DNA of 64,000 nucleotides from the human T2T-CHM13v2.0 reference genome, Homo sapiens, in NCBI RefSeq assembly GCF_009914755.1, contig NC_060929.1; one strand, given 5' to 3'. Made by a program: the position numbers and the translations under genes. Positions 38,215 through 61,188 of this stretch are shown here, one piece after another (positions within the stretch are counted from its first letter, which is position 1; the number at the start of each line of letters is the position of its first letter). A model generated the notes under the pieces. That model was not told the origin of the DNA. It worked only from the letters and a program-made list of their open reading frames with translations, and did not search any database.

Positions 38215-41099
38215 GTAAATGATTCTTGTTGTTTTTTTATTTAATAAATCAAAGAAGCCATTTTATTTAAATGCTTGTTTTAAATACAATACTTAGCAAA
38301 CAATTGGTGAAGCAGTTTTAGACAGTTTATCAAGACACCATAGGAAATAGGCATCAGTAGTTCCTGTAGGTAAAGGTAGATAAATTGTTCTTTTGATACC
38401 TGAGAAGTCTTACTTTCAGTGAAGTGCTTGGTTGAATGATCTGCCAGGAAAAACTTAGATGGTAGATGTTGGTCTTTTCCATTGTGGAAACTGGTGGTCA
38501 TTGTTTTTTGAAAACAAGTATTAAACGTGAATTACTATCTTTGTTCAGTGGGCTTATGTTTCAGACTGCTGGAGATGCTGCAGGTTACAGTAGAAGCTTT
38601 TACTGTACTCTATAGCAGAAGTAGTGATGTATTAGCAGAGGTACAGATGACATGCAGTGTGAAGTGGGCTGCCATAATAGGGAGAAAGCTAGGAAAAATG
38701 AACTGAAGTAGCATTTAGAGGAAATTCTGGCTCTACAATGGGATGGATCAATACCTGTTACCTTGAAGCAAAAAGTGATTTTTGTACTTTCTAGACATTT
38801 TTCTAATAATAACCTGCCAAGTGCCAGGCGTTGTGATATGTAGTTTTGTGTATTGTCTAAGGCTCACAGCAATCGTTTGATGTTGGGCAGGATGGCTTGT
38901 GCTTGTAGTCCCAGCTACTCGGGAGGCTGAGGCAGGAGGATTGCTTGAGCCCAGGAGTTCGAGGCCAGCCTGGGGCAACATAGACCCTGTCTTTTCTTTT
39001 CTTTTCTTTTCTTTTCAAAAAGGGAAGTGGTGTTATTTGTAATAATTTACACTTCAGGAAGCAGGCTCTAAAAGGTTACTTGCCCAGGGTTGTCCAACTA
39101 GCAAGGAATTAAGTTTGTGCTATTAATTACCATGCTTTTTCTTCTGCTACTGCAGTAACTCCTCCCCTACCACCAGCATCAAAATCTAAAACAGCAGGAA
39201 ATAAATGTTTGCCTACGTAATTACAGAATTTTAGCTTCTTTTAGGGTTCTTGGGTTTTGGTTTTATATCTATTTCATTGTGTACGTATTCTTTGTTCTGA
39301 ATGGGTTGCCTAGAAACTCCTTTTTTCCCTTTGATGCCTAGGGGAGTAAAGAAAACAAAAAAGAGTTAAGAATATTCTTTAATTTTGGTATATTCCAGTT
39401 TAGCATTATAGCTGATATATTTACAGCTAGAGTATCTTTTAATATCTATAATCAGGACAGAGACATAATTATGAAAATCCACAAAACTTAATAAAGTGAG
39501 AATCTAACTGCCCAGATGATAGTGGTTTCTACTACAAAGCAAGCCTCCATGAATTCATTCACACCTGAGGTTTATTAAATATGTGACCCCAGGCGGGTTA
39601 CTTTACCTCAATTGCATACTTTTCTCCTCATCTGAAAAGTGGGTTCATAGGATTATAAAGACTAATTGCGATAACATGCAGAGTGCATGGCATGATATTT
39701 GGTGCCTTGTCAAAGCTTGATAAACAGGGTCCAGTCTAAGAAACATTAGGGAGACCTCTTCTCTACAAAAAATTTAAAAAATTATTAGCTGAGTCTGATG
39801 GCACATGCCTGTGGTCCCAGCTATTCAGGAGGCTGAGGCGGGAGGATTGCTGGGGCCCAGGAGGTCAAAGCTGCAGTGAGCCATGATTTTGCCACTGCAT
39901 TGTAGCCTGGGCGACAGAGCAAGGCCCTGTCTCAAAAAAAAAAAAAAAAAGTCAGTTTATCATATTGAATATCTATAATATATCATGTACTATGTTAGAC
40001 CCAGGAGATGAAGAATTAATGAATAAGATGTCCCTTAAAGAAGTCGGAAAATTTCATAACAGGTGAGCAACAGGCAAATAAAGGAGTGCAAAAAGTATTA
40101 CAAAGACTATTACTGTGAAATGGTATCACTGAAGAGGGAGAATGAGTGGTTTGGTCTTCCTTAGGAAAGATTTCAAAGAGGAGTTTTGAGTCTGAGCAGA
40201 ATTTTTTTTTTCTTTTTTTTGGAGATAGATTTTAGCTCTTGTTACCCAGGCTGGAGTGCAATGGCGTGATCAGGCTGGTCTCGAATTCCCCACCTCAGGT
40301 GATCCACCCGCCTCTTCCTCCCAAAGTGCTGGGATTACAGGCGTGAGACCACGACTGGCCAAGTCTGAGCAGAATTTTTAAGTCTTAAAAAATAAGTGGC
40401 CTGGCCGGATGCGGTGGCTCACGCCTGTAATCCCAGCACTTTGGGAGGCCGAGGCAGGCAGATCACCTGAGGTCGAGAGGTCGAGACCAGCCTGACCAAC
40501 ATGGTGAAACCCTGTCTCTACTAAAAATATAAAATTAGCCGGGCGTGGTGGTGGGCACCTGTAATCCCAGCTACTCAGGAAGGCCGAGGCAGGAGAGTCG
40601 CTTGAACCCGGGAGGCGGAGGTTGTAGCGAGCTGAGTCACGCCATTGCACTCCAGCCTGGGCAACAAGAGTGAAACTCCGTCTCAAAGAAAAAAAAAAGG
40701 AAAAGTGGCCCAAGCTGGAATATTTGTTGCTGGTAGAATGAGCACACATTACCTGGAGAAGTAGAAGTAGAGCCTGGTCTTCTGAAGACTAGTCACCTTG
40801 AGATTTAGGTCTGTGGCACACACAAGTCTTCAGTATTTGAATTCTAGATAGATAAGAAAGCAAAATAGACACACACTTTATTTCTGTCATTTGGTCAGAT
40901 TCAGGTTTAAATAATTAATTTGGTTCAGTATCTTAAGCCCTTAACTTTGGGGTTACAGTACTGTCTAGCAAGGTCACCTGGCTGTGGAGAAAGCCCTGGG
41001 CATATAGTTAGTTAGAAAACTTGAGTTTTAGCCCTGGCTTTAACTGTTTGTGTGCTGTGTGACCTTAGATATCTTGGCTTCCTTATTTTTCATGTCACA

Positions 41100-42100
41100 T
41101 AATTTTGGAGTATGTCATGGACATTTGAATATTTTGTTACAAAACTGGATGCTGTTAAAATCCTCTGGAAAATATTTTTGGTTTTTTGGTTTCACTTTAG
41201 CGGGCAGTTAACCTGGTTAGGTTCAGACTGCCTCTGTGGGCTGTGGATCCAGTTTGAACTTACTTTTCAAAACCTTCGTATTGCTGTTCAGGTCCCAGGT
41301 GTGCCATCCATGCCATTGTGCAGTTCTCAGCGCCTTTCCTCTGCCGCCTTGGGTCAGTTCACACATGGGCATGTTGGTGGTAAACTTGAGATTGTATACA
41401 CAAATTTAGAGGACGTTTCTTCTCTCCGTGACTTCCCTTGTACACAAGCTCCCAAGAGTTTCTTTTCGTGGTTCTTTGGTGAGAAAACTGGAATTTTAGC
41501 TTCTTTGTGCTTTTCATACGTTTTCTGTAGAGGGGCTCATTTCCTGAACAAAATGGAGAGAGAGAAAAGTTAGAGAAAAAAATAAAATGAATTCCCTCTT
41601 CCATACTCTTCCGATCATCGTCTTTTTCCTAGTTCTTTTGTCAGAAGAACTCTCTTTTAGAGTTTAGGAGACAGCTACCAGCCACAGGTGTGCAGACTCA
41701 GGATTGGGGCTTGCTTTGAGGCAGAGCTGAGAGAGAAGAAAAATTACCAGATATCCACCCCTCCCCATTGTCCCTCTCCCATTCATCATCTTTTCTAGTT
41801 CTCTAGCCAGAAGGAGTTTCTCTTGGAACTTTTCTCTGTCTTCACTCACTGCACAGTTAATGAGATTTGGGCTGTCCTCAAGTCTAAGCTGACATATGTG
41901 GGAGAAAAAAACCAGGAAACTCACTACTGTTTTGAGTTTTGATTTCTCTCGCCAGTCTGCTTGCTTCAAATTACTTTTCAGAGTCCTTGTATATTTGCTT
42001 TATGTATTCTTTCCAGGATTTTTAGTAATAATCAATGGACAAGATAGGGTGGAGTGTGCTTTCTCCATCTTAGCTAGAACTGGGACCCCGTCCCCCACTC
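41100..42100 (-). mobile_element. Old L1M 5'-region fragment (antisense)
   Basis: Resembles the L1M segment at 25700-27100 (for example aggaaactcactactg...ttcagagtcctt...ccaggatttttag). Confidence 0.4.
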
Positions 42101-42129
42101 GTAAAATATAAATAATGACTTAGCATGGC

Positions 42130-42460
42130 ACATTAGGTGGGCATTAGAGACACCAGGGAAGCGATTACAAATATAAATGCCCAGGTTGTATCTCCAGATA
42201 ATTAAAAATCTTTCAGGAGTAGGATCCAGAAAACTATATTTAAAAGTTCTCTAGGTTCTTGATATACTATGTAGGTTGTGGTCTGAGGACCACTACATGG
42301 GGATCATTTGGAAACTTGTTAGAAATGTAGACTCAGGTTCCATTCCAGACCTGCTGAATTGGAACAAGATCCCCAGATGGTGCCTACGCACAGTAAAATT
42401 TGAGCAGCACTGCCCTAGCATGATTCTAGTGTGCAGTCAATGTTGAGGACCACTGTCTTA
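42130..42460. mobile_element. Nested MER5-type hAT DNA transposon relics
   Basis: ggaaacttgttagaaatgtagactcagg...ccagacctgctgaat, aaatttgagcagcactgccctag and gttgaggaccactg match recalled MER5A features. Confidence 0.6.
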
Positions 42461-43340
42461 GAGGATTGCGTAAAAGCAAATGACGTGTATATAAATTTAG
42501 ATTGTAATATTCTCTGAGTATAAACTCATTAGGTGCAAGCTGAGCTCACCCTCCATGTTTTCTGTGTTCCTGGTTAAAGTAAGTTACCTTTGATGAAAAC
42601 CACAGGTTCATCTTTGACTTCAAATCAGATTTGTTGCTATTGAAGCTAATTGGATCCCAGCTCAGCTTTGTGGCTTGGATTCACACCATATAAAATCTTC
42701 AACAGACATTCATTCCTTTGTTCAGAACACACAACCTTCTAACGTGAACCTCCAATTTTCTAAATTCATTCTTTTTCTACTTCACCTGAAACCACAGATC
42801 CATGGCACTTAGTTTCTCTGTAACAGCAGCTCTACCATGGTGTCCAGAAATTTTAGCCCCTACTATCAAGAACAAAACATCCTTGTACATGTTTATACAT
42901 CTTTTTGAGTAGGAGTTTTCCACCAGTTGCAGGGATTCCCTGAGTCTAGAGTAATGCCACAATGCTGCTCCCTTTTACTCCTTTCTAAGCATTTCTGTCA
43001 GGGAGAAGACTTAGATTCAGTTGTTCACTTTAACATTTTCCTTAGATACTCTCTTAGAAAAGTTGTATTCTGCGCACTTCTGTTATGAAGGGAGTAAGGG
43101 ATTGCTGAGATTTGTTAAGTTACCAAACTAGTCTTGATAGATGTATAATTATTACATATCCACCATCACTTCATTTAGCTGGGCAAGTATTATCAGTTTG
43201 GTTCATGTTAGCTAATTAGGTCACTGGTTTGTTCCTAGGACAGTGTTGGGCTGGTCATATAAGTTAGAAGCACCTGGGAGCTGGGCATGGTGGCTCACGC
43301 CTGTAATCCCAGCACTTTGGGAGGCCGAGCGGGCGGATCA

Positions 43341-43692
<352 letters not shown>

Positions 43693-44334
43693 TCACCCAG
43701 GCTGGAGTGCAGTGTACCATCATGGCTCATTGCAACCTTGACCTCCTGAGTTCAAGCAGTCCTCTCACCTCAGCCTTCTAACTACAAGCACATACCACCA
43801 AGGCCAGCTAGTCTTTGTATTTTTATTTATTATTTATTATTATTACTATTTTTGAGACGGAGTCTCACTCTGTTGCCCAGGTTGGGGTGCAGTGTGGTGT
43901 GATCTTGGCTTACTGCAGTCTCCGCCTCCCGGGTTCAAGCAATTTTCATGCCTCAGCCTCACAAGTAGCTGGAATTAAGGCTCCCACCACCATGCCCAGC
44001 TAATATTTTTTGTATTTTTAGTAGAGATAGGGTTTCACCATGTTGGCCAGGCTGGTCTCAAACTCCTGACCTAAAGTGATCTGCGTGCTTCAGCCTCCCA
44101 AAGTGCTGGTATTGCAGGCATGAGCCACCATGCCCAGCCTAGTTTTTGTATTTTTTGTAGAGAAGAGATCTCACTACTTTGCCCATGCTGGTCTTGAACT
44201 ACCAGCCTTAAGCAATGCTCCTGCCTTGGCCTCCCATAGTGCTAGGATTACAGGCATGAGCCACCACACCCAGCCCTTGGTACCAGTACTTTATTTAGTC
44301 TATAGGTGATTCTCATCAGTCAGGACAGGGAGCT

Positions 44335-45326
<992 letters not shown>

Positions 45327-45435
45327 TCAAAATGATATTTTTTCTTTGATAACTTTCTTCTCCTAACTTCAAAATTAATTTTCCTGAGTGTTAATAGTGC
45401 TGGTTGTTAAATGAGAAAAGTTTTGAAGTGGTTGA

Positions 45436-45682
<247 letters not shown>

Positions 45683-45753
45683 TGATCTCGAACTCCCGAT
45701 CTCAGATGATCCACCTGCCTCGGCCTCCCAGAGTGCTGGGATTACAGGCATGA

Positions 45754-45891
<138 letters not shown>

Positions 45892-46008
45892 TGAGTAGCT
45901 GGGATTACAGGCACTCACTAACCACACCTGGCCAATTTTTGTATTTTTAATAGAGATGGGGTTTCGCCTTGTTGGCCAGGCTGGTCTTGAACTCCTGACC
46001 TCAGGTGA

Positions 46009-46509
<501 letters not shown>

Positions 46510-47372
46510 TAATACATTTGAGAATCCTAGTGGTATTAAGATTTTCTAGCTAATATAGTTTACATCCCTAGCATATGGTTCCCTCAAGAGTTCAGCAAAG
46601 CCTTTCTAGTAAAAATATTAATAAAGGTCAAGATGTAAATTGGAACAATAAGCAGTAATTCACCCATCCTACCACCAGAGAATAACAAGGGTAGGCATAT
46701 GTGCGTATGTACAAAAAAAAAAAAATGGGGGGACTTTAGTATTATGAGTAAGAGATTGTGAACCTATAGTGAATGAGAACATGTATCTTCAAACTTTTCC
46801 AAGCAGGAAGGAAAAGTTTGAAGTTTTTATCCTGTTAGTATTCTATTTAAAATCTTTGTCATAGACTTAGGAGTCAGACCATCTGGTTGTTATCACTTCA
46901 TAGAGTTGTTATGAGAATTAAGTGAGTTAATGCTTGTAAAGTATTTAGAGCCTTGCTTTATATGTATATAGTAAGTGTTACGTATGTGTGTTTGATTAAA
47001 AATCAAAATTTCATTCTACTTTGGAAACACTTACACATTGTTTTAAAAAGGATTTTTCTTGTGCTTTTAAACTTTTGGCCAAAACTTCTGAAAGACAGCA
47101 AAAGCTAGTTGTATTTTCCTTGGGCTACTCTCATATACTAAAGAATAAATGAAAGCAACAAGGAGAAAAAATACAAAGGGAACCAAATAAAACTAGCCTT
47201 CAGTGAGTCCAGTTATTTTTGTTTGCTTATTTGGTAGAGTGTAACTTGGTCTTTTTATATTTTATGGTGTTTCTCAATATTCAGATTGCTTTTAGACGTT
47301 TTGAAAATGAGTTTGCTGAGGCTCAGAGGTTCTGAATTGCCCCAGATCACTCAGTTCATGGAAGAGCTGTGA

Positions 47373-47642
<270 letters not shown>

Positions 47643-48596
47643 TGACCTCAAGTAATCTGCCCACCTCGTCCTCCCAAAGTGCTGGGATTACAGGCATGAG
47701 CCACTGCGCCCAGCCAGGAACGTTTCTTTACACAAATAGAGGATACTGCTTTGAACACTTAAATGATATTCCACCAGCATTCTTACTGCTGTCCTGAAGG
47801 CCGCATTCAGATGTGTAAAACAGATGGGAAGAACATATTTTTGTGAATTGCAGTTTTACCTATTGTGTGCGGTTTGGACTTGGGCATTTCTTAGTCTAAA
47901 ATCTATGTTAAATGTAGGTTTTCTTTTTGTTTTTCTTAATAGTGTCTCGTAGCCTTTCATTAGCAGACTGAACCAATAATATATAGCATTGAGATATAAA
48001 GAAACAGTATCACTTTAGGACTAAATTTTAAACACAAAACCGTCAAAAGTATCAATGATAAATGCATAATTTTGAAAGTGACTTTAGGCCTGGTGTGGTG
48101 GCTCACACCTCTAATCCCAGCACTTTGGGAGGCCGAGGTGGACGGATCATGAGGTCAGGAGGTTGAGACCAGCCTAGCCAACATAGTGAAACCCCATCTC
48201 TACTAAAAATACAAAAAATTAGCCAGGCGTGGTGGTGGGCACCTGTAATCTCAGCTACTCGGGAGCCTGAGGCAGGAGAATCGTTTCGATCTGGGGAGGC
48301 GGACGTTGCAGTGAGTCGAGATCACGCCATTTCACTTTAGCCCAGGCAACAGTGGGAAACTCCATCTCAAAAAAAGAAAGAAAAGAAGGTGACTTTAGTA
48401 TTTATTCATTTATTCCTGCTTTGTGTTCTTGCATTTTAGGAAGCACTGTTAGGTACTGTGATATGAGTGTACAGATCAAAAATCACTTTCCTGAAGTAGT
48501 TTACAGTCAAGAGATGTCCATGAATTGTCATTATCAGAATGGGTACAGAGTTTACAGAGTTGAACCTTGGAGAATTAAAGAATGTTTAATGGTTAA

Positions 48597-48726
48597 CCCA
48601 TTTATGCCTGAAATTGTAATTTTTTGAATTTGAAAAATCAGACCTTGGTGATGACCTTGAGCAGTAGGATATTAATAACTCCCACATGCTTAGTGTTCAA
48701 ATAATGGAACACTAGGCATAAATGGA
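48597..48726 (+). mobile_element. MER85 (piggyBac/PGBD3-derived MITE)
   Basis: TTAA target duplications at 48593-48596 and 48727-48730; TIRs CCCATTTATGCCT / AGGCATAAATGGA; internal palindrome GTTCAAATAATGGAAC at 48695-48710; 130 bp. Confidence 0.9.
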
Positions 48727-48774
48727 TTAAATAATGCAGGAATGGAAAGTGTGAACAGATGTACAACTGCTGTA

Positions 48775-53140
<4,366 letters not shown>

Positions 53141-53383
53141 AAAAGGTTTCATTGAACATGTGACATTAGAGTTGGACCTTTAAGGGGTGGGTGGTAGGAT
53201 GAGTATAACCAGAGATGAAATGATTAAGCATCCAACTAGGAGGGTGTTAATAAAGGCAAGTCAGGCTGGGTGCGGTGGCTCACGCCTGTAATCCCAGCAC
53301 TTTGGGAGGCTGATCGGGCAGATCACTTGAGGTCGGGAGTTTGAGACCAGCCTGACCAACATGGGGAAACCCCATCTCTACTA

Positions 53384-53539
<156 letters not shown>

Positions 53540-54056
53540 TCAAAATAAATAAATAAAGGCAAGTCAGCTATTAGAAAGTGCAGGGTTTGTTTGAGAAATA
53601 GTATATAGTGTGTGTGTGATGTCGTTTAAAATTTGGAAAGGTAAATAGGAAAATAATGTGAAGGGCCTTGAAATAAAGTCAGAGAGGTACTAAATTTTGT
53701 TTGCTAAGTTGTGAAAAGCTATTGAAGATTTTGGAGCTGAGTTGGCACAGCTGTAATCTCCCTGGCAAGAAATGTAGCATGTCTGACATGTAATAGCCAA
53801 TTCATATATTTGAGTGATAGAATCTTACTGTTCTCCAAGAGCCTCAGGAAATTTAAAGTAGTTTAAGATTTTCCAGCTAGGTAGTGCTGAAATTTGGCTG
53901 TAATATTATTGTATTGCTAATGAGAATTTTTCCAGAAAATAGTTTTCAAAAATAAATACTCAACAAGCTCCAAGCCCTGGGCTTTTCTTTCTTTACTAAA
54001 CATTGTAAGATTTGAGTCAATATGATTACATGCTCTAATGTACATCTTCTTTACAG

Positions 54057-54201
54057 GTGTTAGTAAAATGGCCTTTCGCCATTTAATTGAGTTCACATAT
54101 ACAGCAAAATTAATGATACAAGGAGAAGAAGAAGCCAATGATGTATGGAAAGCAGCAGAGTTTCTACAAATGCTAGAAGCTATCAAAGCCCTTGAAGTCA
54201 G
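54057..54201 (+). CDS. ZNF131: ZNF131 third coding exon (end of BTB domain); gene continues beyond the window
   Basis: Acceptor tcttctttacAG at 54055-54056; encodes (G)VSKMAFRHLIEFTYTAKLMIQGEEEANDVWKAAEFLQMLEAIKALEV(R); donor AG|GTACTT at 54202; 145 nt; frame consistent with upstream exons (124+102+145=371 nt). Confidence 0.97.
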
Positions 54202-55189
54202 GTACTTAATTTCTTTAATGGGGTTCAGATAGTCATATTCAGTCATGTTCATTCTGTTAGTGAAGAACTTACAGTATGTGTCATGCCATGAAGAACAGAG
54301 TTCTTCAGAAGAATTAAGAATATTTAAGGATCTATTAAAAAATTTTCTGGATACTGATTGTTCTTTCACTTGACTTTGATTTTCTGATCATGTGTTAAAA
54401 CTGCTAATATTAAAGTAGCATCTTTGGTATGTAATAAAATAAATCTAGACAGCTTTTTAAGGATCTGGATCCTTATAAACTGTTTTGTTGGATTCAAGTT
54501 ATTGTTTATACCAAGCCTTATCCTACAAAGGGTTTGGCTTACAAAGATTAACATAATACTGTTTAAAAATAAGGAAATAGATGGAAATAAATAAATTGGT
54601 TTAATAAGGAGATAATCATTTCAAGTTAGAAGTATGATAGCCAAAAATGCATACCATAAGTCTATAGTAGATGTGCTAAATCTAGCTCTAAGTGCACCTA
54701 GTTCAAAGAAAAAGACTATTCAGTTACATTATTCCTTGTTAGAAGATGAGAACAAATCAATTGCTGAGGAGCCATTCCTATTCCTAGTATTAAAATTTCT
54801 CCTGAGAAGTATTAAGAAAACATTAGGCCAGGCCCAGTGGATTACGCCTGTAATCCCAGCACTTTGGAAGGCTGAGGTGGATGGATAGCTTATGCCCAGG
54901 AGTTCACAAACAGCCTGGGCAACATGGTGAAACCCTGTCTCTACAAAAAATACAAAAATTAGCTGGGCATGGTAGTGCATGCCTGTGGTCCCAGCTACTC
55001 AGGAGCTGAGGTGGGAGGGGAGGATCACCTGAGCCTGGCAAGGTTGTGGCTGCAGCGAGCTGTGATCACGCCACTGACTGCATACCAGCTAGGGGGAACA
55101 AAGTGAGACCCTGTTTTTTTAAAAAAGAGAAAACGTGAAAGGATATAATGAACAAAGACCTCAACATCCTTACTTGATGAATAATGGCA

Positions 55190-55445
55190 GTGTAACATAG
55201 TTACTAAGAATAAGAGCTCAGGAGTCAGTTTCCCTGGGTTAACATCCTGCTTCTACCACTGTGTGGCCTTAATTAAGTTACTTAACCCTCCTGTCAGCTG
55301 TGTCCTCCTCTGTCAAATGAGAGTAATAACGGTACTTTCTACATGGGATTTGATTGTGAGGGTTGAATGAATTAATGCATGCAAAGTGTTTAGCATGGTG
55401 TCTGGCTAAATGACTCTGAGTACTCTAAGTATGAACTATTATCTC
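55190..55445 (+). mobile_element. MIR
   Basis: ggagtcag...ctgggtt...tcctgcttctaccact...aagttacttaaccctc...gtgagggttgaatga...aaagtgtttagcatggtgtctggc. Further MIR relics lie near 30560-30760, 38800-39140, 39550-39720, 40970-41090 and 46870-46980. Confidence 0.75.
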
Positions 55446-57529
55446 CTGGTACTGTTTTTTATGTTTCTCAATACAGATCATTGGCCTGATGCCAAAACAG
55501 TTTGGTAAAATCAGTTTCACATAGCGGCACAATGATTTAATCTTAACTCACTGTTGTGGTTTAGTTAAAAGATAAAATTTATTTCTCTGAGGACTCTACT
55601 GGAATTTTATTTTATTTTATTTTTTTGAGATGGAGTCTTGCTCTGTCTCCCAGACTGGAGTGCAGTGGCACAATCTCGGCTCACTGCAACCTCCATCTCC
55701 TGGGTTCAAGCAATTCTCCCTGTCTCAGCCTCCTGAGTAGCTGGGATTACAGGTGCCTGCCACCATGCCCAGCAAATTTTCGTATTTTTAGTAGAGGTGG
55801 GGATTTCGCCATGTTGCCCAGGCTGGTCTCAAACTCCCAACCTTAAGTGATCCGCCTGTCTCAGCCTCCCAAAGTGCTGGGATTACAGGTGTGAGCCACT
55901 GTGACTGGCCGAATAAAAGTTTTTTTTTAAGAGATAAAAATTTAGATAACTCTAAGAATACTGAACTGTACTCGTCCATAAATATCATCTCTTAGTTTGA
56001 CAGTTCAAGATTAAACCTTTCTGACAAGAGCTTGATACGTATATATATTCTTTGATGCTTAGCACCTGGCATATAGCAGGTGTACAGGAAACATTTGTGA
56101 ATAGATAGATGGATACATGCTAATTAAAACCAGATCAGTACTCTTGCAGAGAGACCTGAGCATGGATGTCAAAATAGAGATGCATTCTGAGGATATAAAC
56201 CTGATCAGGCCATCTCTTCTCAAAAAGATTAAAGGAAATATATATGGATGGGGCGATGTCAGATTGTGGTTAAATATTGAATGAGAGCCTTCCAAAAGAA
56301 TGTTCTCTGTGGCCCTTTTGCTGCTCATGATAGTGAGTGGTATGTCACTTTGGAGAAGATTCAAGACTGGGATCCCAAGCCTGGCGCAGTGGCTGATACT
56401 TGTAATCCCAGCACTTTGGGAGGCCAAGGTGGGTGGATTACTTGGACCTCAGGAGTTTGAGACCAGCCTGGGCACCATGGTGAAACGCCAACTCTATGAA
56501 AAATACAAAAATTAGCTGGCACTGTGGCGTGCAACTGTAGTCCCAGGTACTCAGGAGACTGAGGTGGTAGGATCGCTTGAGCATGGGAGACTCAGAGGTT
56601 GCAGTGAGCCGAGATTGCACCACTGCACTCCAGCCTGGGTGAGAATGAGACCCTGTCTCAAAAAAAAAAAAAACTGGAATTCCAATAGTACCTAAAACAA
56701 TCATTGCTTTTCAGTATAAACACAGTAACATGTTGAATTGTTTCTTGAACCAGATAGGCATGTAATATGTTCTGAAGAGTTCCCTTTGAAAAGAGGAAGA
56801 CAGTAGTATTATATGTTGGCTGTTTATAATAATGCAGTGTTTAAGCTTCTACAGAGATGGTTTCTGTTGACTTTTTCCCCCATGCATGAGCCTTATTTTA
56901 CTGTTTCTTTGTATGTCTCATCATTTTTTTTGGTTAAAAATTAGATTTTTGGCCTGGGCACGGTGGCTCACACCTGTAATCCCAGCACTTTGGAAGGCCG
57001 AGGCGGGTGGATCACTAGGTCAGGAGTTCAAGACCAGCCTGGCCAAGACGGTGAAACCCCATCTCTACTAAAAATACAAAAAAAATTAGCCAGGCGTTGT
57101 GGCGGGCGCCTGTAATCCCAGCTACTCGGGAGGCTGAGGCAGAGAATTGCTTGAACCCGGGAGGCGGTGGTTGCAGTGAGCTGAGATCATGCCACTGCAC
57201 TCCAGCCTGGGCAACAGAGCAAGACTCCATCGCCCAGACTGGAGAGTACACTGGTGAGATCTCGGCTCACTGCAACCACCGCCTCCCCCGGGTTCAAGCA
57301 ATTCTCTGCCTCAGCCTCCCGAGTAGCTGTGATTACAGGCTTCCGCCACCACACCCGGCTAATTTTTTTGTATTTTTAATAGAGAGGGTGTTTCACCGTC
57401 TTGGCCAGGCTGGTCTTGACCTCCTGACCTCGTGATCCACCTGCCTCGACCTCCCAAAGTGCTGGGATTATAGGCGTGAGCCATGGCACCCGGCCAAAAA
57501 TTGGATATTTTTAAATAAGTTTTATTTAG

Positions 57530-57800
<271 letters not shown>

Positions 57801-57895
57801 TAGTCTCGAACTCCTGGGCTCAAGAGACGTGGCCACCTCAGCCTCTCAAAGTGCCGGGATTGCAGGCATAAGCCACCATACTTGGCCAGACATGG

Positions 57896-59640
<1,745 letters not shown>

Positions 59641-60390
59641 CCTGTCTTAGATTTATGTTTTAAGGAAGTGGTACACGTAAAGCTCTTAAAACAATATCTG
59701 CCACATAATAACATGATTATGCATATGTTCTTTTCATTTCTTGGAATGCCATCTGTCTGCTTGTTCATGGCAAAATTTTACTCATCTTTCTGGTCTCAGG
59801 TGAGAGCCAACAACCTGTTCTCTGAAGCTTTTCCTTACTGAGCCAAGCAGATTGACTTAGGCACTTCTATTATTCTGTATTTTTATGTTTTACATTTTCC
59901 ATTACAACAATAATCATATTAGTGTTCCCACATTTTTCTAATAGTCTCCAACCTCTCTGAGGCAGGGATTATGTGTTTTTTTCATCTTCAGGAGGCATTT
60001 GTGGATGGGTTTGAAAAACTACCTCGAAATTATGCCTCTGAGACTCAGTTGCCAGGTTTATGTCCATTCCGTCATAAGCCTCTAAAATCTCTTTCCTTGC
60101 TGTTCAGTTGTGAATACAGGCTGGCTTATCCCACTCTGCAAAACAAAAGCCTGGTAGGAGCACTTTTTCTTGTTCTTTAATTACTCCTGTTTGGGATAGG
60201 GATCTGAGTTCAGAGGTCATACCTATAGTTAAGACAAGCATAAGAAAACTGGCTAAGAAGTAGTTTACGGCCTGGGTGCAGTGGCTTATGCTTGTAATTC
60301 CAGCACTTTGGGAGGCCAAGCCAGGTGGATCACTTGAGGTCAGGAGTTTGAGACCAGCCTGGCCAAAATGGTGAAACATCGTCTTTACTA

Positions 60391-60585
<195 letters not shown>

Positions 60586-61188
60586 TTACCTCAACACTTG
60601 TACTTGAAAAGAACCAAAGGAAACCGTACTTTTTCAACATAAGATGCACAATTTTTTTCCTCATTTTAATATATTTCAAATAGGAATTCCTTTTAATAGT
60701 GAGTGGCCAGGCAAGAGTTAACAGTTTCAACTGTTAATAAATTCTAGTAGTTATTTGTGTTACCGATACCAGACAAGTTGAGTTTGTCATTTAAAATGTC
60801 TTCCAACCGATTATACCATGAGTTGATCCTTAAGCGGAAAGTTATGGTAGAATTGGTATTGGAGCATTCCAAAGTGGGGTATTAATTTCATATTAATGGC
60901 GTAAATATTTGTCATCAAAGGAGTGACCACAAAAGCAATAACCAAGGGCTTTATGGGGCCTTAGGAAGACATATAATTTAACAGGCTAAACAATTTAGGA
61001 ATAAAAATTAATTTAGCTGGACTACTTAAGGCAACTGTATAACTATTTTGCAAATACAGAAGGTGCATGAGGTGCTCTTCTCACATATGCAGTATGGAAT
61101 TATTTTTGGAATGTAGTGTAAACTTTCTGAACGACACCGAAAAGAAATTAGGACCTCATTTTGCTTTGCTGACATTACATTATTGTTA

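Noticed and set aside
53917-54369. 150-aa ORF antisense to the ZNF131 exon
   Set aside because: An antisense shadow of the coding exon plus AT-rich intron; no independent support.
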